Below are positions 20,884 through 24,428 of a DNA stretch of 24,428 nucleotides, in pieces. Source of the DNA: a virus (taxonomy: Duplodnaviria; Heunggongvirae; Uroviricota; Caudoviricetes); IMG/VR virus record IMGVR_UViG_2734482543_000012; one strand, given 5' to 3'. How positions within the stretch are numbered: position 1 is the stretch's first letter; each line of letters starts with the position of its first letter. The position numbers and the translations under genes were made by a program. The notes beneath the pieces are model-generated. The model saw only the letters and a program-made list of their open reading frames with translations, was not told the origin of the DNA and searched no databases.

Positions 20884-23844
20884 ATGGCAGTAAAGATTTC
20901 AGGTGTACTGAAAGACGGCACAGGAAAACCGGTACAGAACTGCACAATCCAGCTGAAAGCAAAACGTAACAGCACCACGGTGGTGGTGAACACGCTGGCC
21001 TCAGAAAATCCGGATGAAGCCGGGCGTTACAGCATGGACGTTGAGTACGGTCAGTACAGCGTTATTCTGTTGGTGGAAGGATTCCCGCCGTCACATGCCG
21101 GGACCATCACCGTGTATGAAGATTCCCGACCCGGTACGCTGAATGATTTTCTCGGTGCCATGACGGAGGATGATGCCCGTCCGGAGGCTCTGCGCCGTTT
21201 TGAACTGATGGTGGAAGAGGTGGCGCGTAACGCGTCCGCGGTGGCACAGAACACGGCAGCCGCGAAGAAGTCAGCCAGTGATGCCGGCACATCTGCCCGT
21301 GAGGCGGCAACCCATGCGACTGATGCTGCAGGCTCAGCGCGTGCAGCCAGCACGTCAGCCGGACAGGCCGCGACTTCGGCTCAGGAGGCGTCTTCCAGCG
21401 CAGGAACGGCATCAACAAAGGCCACTGAAGCATCAAAAAGTGCTGCCGCTGCAGAGTCCTCAAAAAGCGCGGCGGCCACCAGTGCCGGTGCGGCGAAAAC
21501 GTCAGAAACGAATGCTGCAGCGTCACAAAAATCAGCAGCCACTTCTGCATCCACTGCGACAACGAAAGCGTCAGAAGCCGCCACTTCAGCCAGAGATGCG
21601 GCGGCCTCCAAAGAGGCGGCAAAATCATCAGAAACGAACGCCTCCACAAGCGCCAGCAGTGCAGCCTCCTCGGCAACGGCGGCAGGAAATTCCGTGAAGG
21701 CGGCAAAAACGTCCGAGACGAATGCTAAGTCTTCTGAAACGGCAGCGGAACAGAGCGCCTCAGCTGCGGCAGACTCTGAGACAGCAGCTGCATCATCGGC
21801 CCGTGAGGCGTCCATTAAGGCAGAGGAGGCAGCAGTCAGTGCCACCGCCGCCGGAAAATCGGCAGAAAGCGCCGCATCATCCGCTTCAACAGCCACAACG
21901 AAGGCTGGCGAAGCCACTGAACAGGCCAGCGCAGCAGCGAGGTCTGCTTCCGCAGCGAAGACATCCGAAACGAACGCGAAAGCGTCGGAAACCAGCGCAG
22001 AATCCTCAAAAACGGCTGCCGCATCGTCCGCCAGTTCGGCGGCGTCATCGGCATCATCTGCGTCTGCTTCAAAAGATGAGGCGACCAGACAGGCGTCAGC
22101 AGCGAGGGGCAGCGCCACGACGGCATCCACGAAGGCGACAGAGGCTGCTGGCAGTGCGGCAGCGGCAGCACAGAGCAAAAGTACGGCGGAATCCGCGGCA
22201 ACGCGCGCCGAGACAGCAGCAAAACGGGCAGAGGATATTGCATCCGCCGTGGCGCTTGAGGATGCGAGCACGACGAAAAAGGGGATAGTACAGCTCAGCA
22301 GTGCGACCAACAGCACTTCCGAGTCACAGGCGGCAACGCCAAAAGCCGTTAAGGCCGCGTATGACCTGGCTAACGGGAAATACACCGCACAGGATGCAAC
22401 GACAGCACAGAAAGGGATAGTTCAGCTCAGCAGTGCGACTAACAGCACTTCCGAGTCACAGGCGGCAACGCCAAAAGCCGTTAAGGCCGCGTATGACCTG
22501 GCTAACGGGAAATACACCGCACAGGACGCTACGACAGCACAAAAAGGAATTGTCCAGCTCAGTAGTGCAACCAACAGCACATCTGAAACGCTTGCTGCGA
22601 CACCGAAAGCAGTGAAAGCAGCTAATGACAATGCGAATGGTCGGGTACCTTCTGCCCGTAAGGTGAATGGTAAGGCGCTTTCAGCGGATATAACACTGAC
22701 GCCGAAAGATATTGGTACGCTTAACTCAACAACAATGTCATTCAGCGGTGGTGCTGGTTGGTTCAAATTAGCAACGGTAACCATGCCACAGGCGAGTTCT
22801 GTTGTTTCAATTACGTTGATTGGTGGCGCTGGATTTAACGTGGGGTCACCTCAACAGGCAGGTATATCTGAACTTGTTTTACGTGCAGGTAATGGTAATC
22901 CGAAGGGGATTACTGGTGCTTTATGGCAGCGCACATTGACAGGGTTTACAAATTTTGCCTGGGTTAATACATCTGGTGATACTTACGATATTTACGTTGC
23001 AATCGGAAATTATGCGACTGGTGTAAATATTCAATGGGATTATACCAGTAATGCCAGCGTGACGATTCATACGTCACCAGCATATTCTGCTAATAAGCCG
23101 GAAGGGTTAACGGACGGTACAGTTTATTCACTCTATACGCCATCAGAGCAGTTTTATCCGCCTGGCGCACCAATCCCGTGGCCATCAGATACCGTTCCGT
23201 CTGGCTATGCCCTGATGCAGGGGCAGGCTTTTGACAAATCTGCATACCCGAAACTTGCAGCGGCTTATCCGTCAGGCGTGATCCCTGATATGCGTGGCTG
23301 GACGATTAAGGGCAAACCTGCCAGTGGTCGGGCCGTATTGTCTCAGGAACAGGACGGCATTAAATCGCATACCCACAGCGCCAGCGCATCCAGTACGGAT
23401 TTGGGGACGAAAACCACATCGTCGTTTGATTACGGCACTAAATCCACGAATAACACTGGTGCGCATACCCATAGTTTAAGTGGCAGCACGAATGCAGCTG
23501 GTAATCACAGCCATAGAGATGGCCGTCGATTTAACCCCAGTGTTTTTAAAGATACTTATCAATATGGTTATACAAGCTCAGGTCAAAATACCTGGGGTGT
23601 ACAAGGCTCAGTAGGTATGTCTACGGGGTGGTTAGCGAATACCAGTATAGATGGTAATCATAGCCATTCACTGTCCGGCACAGCAGCATCTGCAGGTGCA
23701 CACGCGCATACTGTCGGTATTGGTGCTCATACGCACTCCGTTGCGATTGGTTCACATGGACACACCATCACCGTTAACGCTGCTGGTAACGCGGAAAACA
23801 CCGTCAAAAACATCGCATTTAACTATATTGTGAGGCTTGCATAA
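20884..23844 (+). CDS. stf: Side tail fibre protein Stf, intact, 986 aa from the ATG at 20884. Lambda-like N-terminal anchor, a long Ala/Ser/Thr-rich fibrous shaft, three tandem about 44-aa tail-fibre repeats, a tail-collar-like domain and a C-terminal His-rich (HxH) tip.
   Basis: N-terminus [62 protein letters not shown]... matches the lambda Stf (orf-401) N-terminus. Repeats [43 protein letters not shown] x3. Tail-collar-like segment [34 protein letters not shown]. HxH motifs (HTHS, HSHS, HAHT, HGHT) resemble the T4 gp37-type tip. The ORF track starts at a GTG 2 codons upstream; the ATG with GGGG upstream is preferred. Confidence 0.9.
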   Translation: MAVKISGVLKDGTGKPVQNCTIQLKAKRNSTTVVVNTLASENPDEAGRYSMDVEYGQYSVILLVEGFPPSHAGTITVYEDSRPGTLNDFLGAMTEDDARPEALRRFELMVEEVARNASAVAQNTAAAKKSASDAGTSAREAATHATDAAGSARAASTSAGQAATSAQEASSSAGTASTKATEASKSAAAAESSKSAAATSAGAAKTSETNAAASQKSAATSASTATTKASEAATSARDAAASKEAAKSSETNASTSASSAASSATAAGNSVKAAKTSETNAKSSETAAEQSASAAADSETAAASSAREASIKAEEAAVSATAAGKSAESAASSASTATTKAGEATEQASAAARSASAAKTSETNAKASETSAESSKTAAASSASSAASSASSASASKDEATRQASAARGSATTASTKATEAAGSAAAAAQSKSTAESAATRAETAAKRAEDIASAVALEDASTTKKGIVQLSSATNSTSESQAATPKAVKAAYDLANGKYTAQDATTAQKGIVQLSSATNSTSESQAATPKAVKAAYDLANGKYTAQDATTAQKGIVQLSSATNSTSETLAATPKAVKAANDNANGRVPSARKVNGKALSADITLTPKDIGTLNSTTMSFSGGAGWFKLATVTMPQASSVVSITLIGGAGFNVGSPQQAGISELVLRAGNGNPKGITGALWQRTLTGFTNFAWVNTSGDTYDIYVAIGNYATGVNIQWDYTSNASVTIHTSPAYSANKPEGLTDGTVYSLYTPSEQFYPPGAPIPWPSDTVPSGYALMQGQAFDKSAYPKLAAAYPSGVIPDMRGWTIKGKPASGRAVLSQEQDGIKSHTHSASASSTDLGTKTTSSFDYGTKSTNNTGAHTHSLSGSTNAAGNHSHRDGRRFNPSVFKDTYQYGYTSSGQNTWGVQGSVGMSTGWLANTSIDGNHSHSLSGTAASAGAHAHTVGIGAHTHSVAIGSHGHTITVNAAGNAENTVKNIAFNYIVRLA
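22270..22650 (+). repeat. Tandem in-frame coding repeat, period 132 bp (44 aa), about 2.9 copies, within stf. Copies 1 and 2 are nearly identical at nucleotide level; copy 3 has diverged.
   Basis: Direct repetition of ..ACGACAGCACAGAAAGGGATAGTTCAGCTCAGCAGTGCGAC(C/T)AACAGCACTTCCGAGTCACAGGCGGCAACGCCAAAAGCCGTTAAGGCCGCGTATGACCTGGCTAACGGGAAATACACCGCACAGGA.. visible in the sequence, encoding the repeated peptide. Boundaries approximate. Confidence 0.8.
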
Positions 23845-24428
23845 TGGCATTCAGAATGAGTGAACAACCACGGACCATAAAAATTTATAATCTGCTGGCC
23901 GGAACTAATGAATTTATTGGTGAAGGTGATGCATATATTCCGCCTCATACAGGTCTGCCAGCAAACAGTACCGATATTGCACCGCCAGATATTCCGGCTG
24001 GCTTCGTGGCTGTTTTCAACAGTGATGAGTCATCGTGGCATCTCGTTGAAGATCATCGGGGTAAAACGGTTTATGACGTGGCTTCCGGCGACGCGTTATT
24101 TATTTCTGAACTCGGTCCGTTACCGGAAAATGTTACCTGGTTATCGCCGGAAGGGGAGTTTCAGAAGTGGAACGGCACAGCCTGGGTGAAGGATACGGAA
24201 GCAGAAAAACTGTTCCGGATCCGGGAGGCGGAAGAAACAAAAAACAACCTGATGCAGGTAGCCAGTGAGCATATTGCGCCGCTTCAGGATGCTGCAGATC
24301 TGGAAATTGCAACGGAGGAAGAAATCTCGTTGCTGGAAGCATGGAAAAAGTATCGGGTATTGCTGAACCGTGTTGATACGTCAACTGCACCTGATATTGA
24401 GTGGCCTACGAACCCTGTCAGGGAGTAA
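23844..24428 (+). CDS. tfa: Tail fibre assembly protein Tfa (194 aa); its start overlaps the stf stop (TAATG)
   Basis: [61 protein letters not shown]... matches lambda Tfa. Complete ORF ending at the last base of the window. Confidence 0.93.
   Translation: MAFRMSEQPRTIKIYNLLAGTNEFIGEGDAYIPPHTGLPANSTDIAPPDIPAGFVAVFNSDESSWHLVEDHRGKTVYDVASGDALFISELGPLPENVTWLSPEGEFQKWNGTAWVKDTEAEKLFRIREAEETKNNLMQVASEHIAPLQDAADLEIATEEEISLLEAWKKYRVLLNRVDTSTAPDIEWPTNPVRE

Noticed and set aside
22270-22650. Possible CRISPR-like repeat array
   Set aside because: The repeats are 132-bp in-frame coding repeats with no spacer/short-repeat architecture; they encode tail-fibre repeat units.

Overview
This window is the late morphogenetic region of a lambda-like (Siphoviridae-type, lambdoid) prophage, almost certainly in an enterobacterial host such as E. 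coli. Reading left to right: two small minus-strand genes in an AT-rich island (1-702), the cos packaging site (about 860-1090), then a co-linear plus-strand late operon that matches phage lambda gene-for-gene: nu1, A, W, B, C/nu3, D, E, FI, FII, Z, U, V, G, G-T (-1 frameshift), H, M, L, K, I, J, then the lom moron flanked by terminators, an intact side-tail-fibre gene stf and tfa. Because the phage right end and left end are joined across an internal cos, this is an integrated or circularised genome, not a linear virion end. All identifications rest on the supplied ORF translations compared with lambda protein sequences and coordinates recalled from memory; no database search was run. Two runs of N (13417-13698 inside H; 20485-20719 inside lom) are assembly gaps or masks of arbitrary length. 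I see no clearly new multi-gene system. The points most worth follow-up are the uncharacterised RHH-like plus 136/141-aa cassette next to cos, an apparently divergent cosN overhang, a replaced distal J (host-range) module, an expanded intact Stf, and a full-length K ORF carrying both JAB/MPN and NlpC/P60 motifs.
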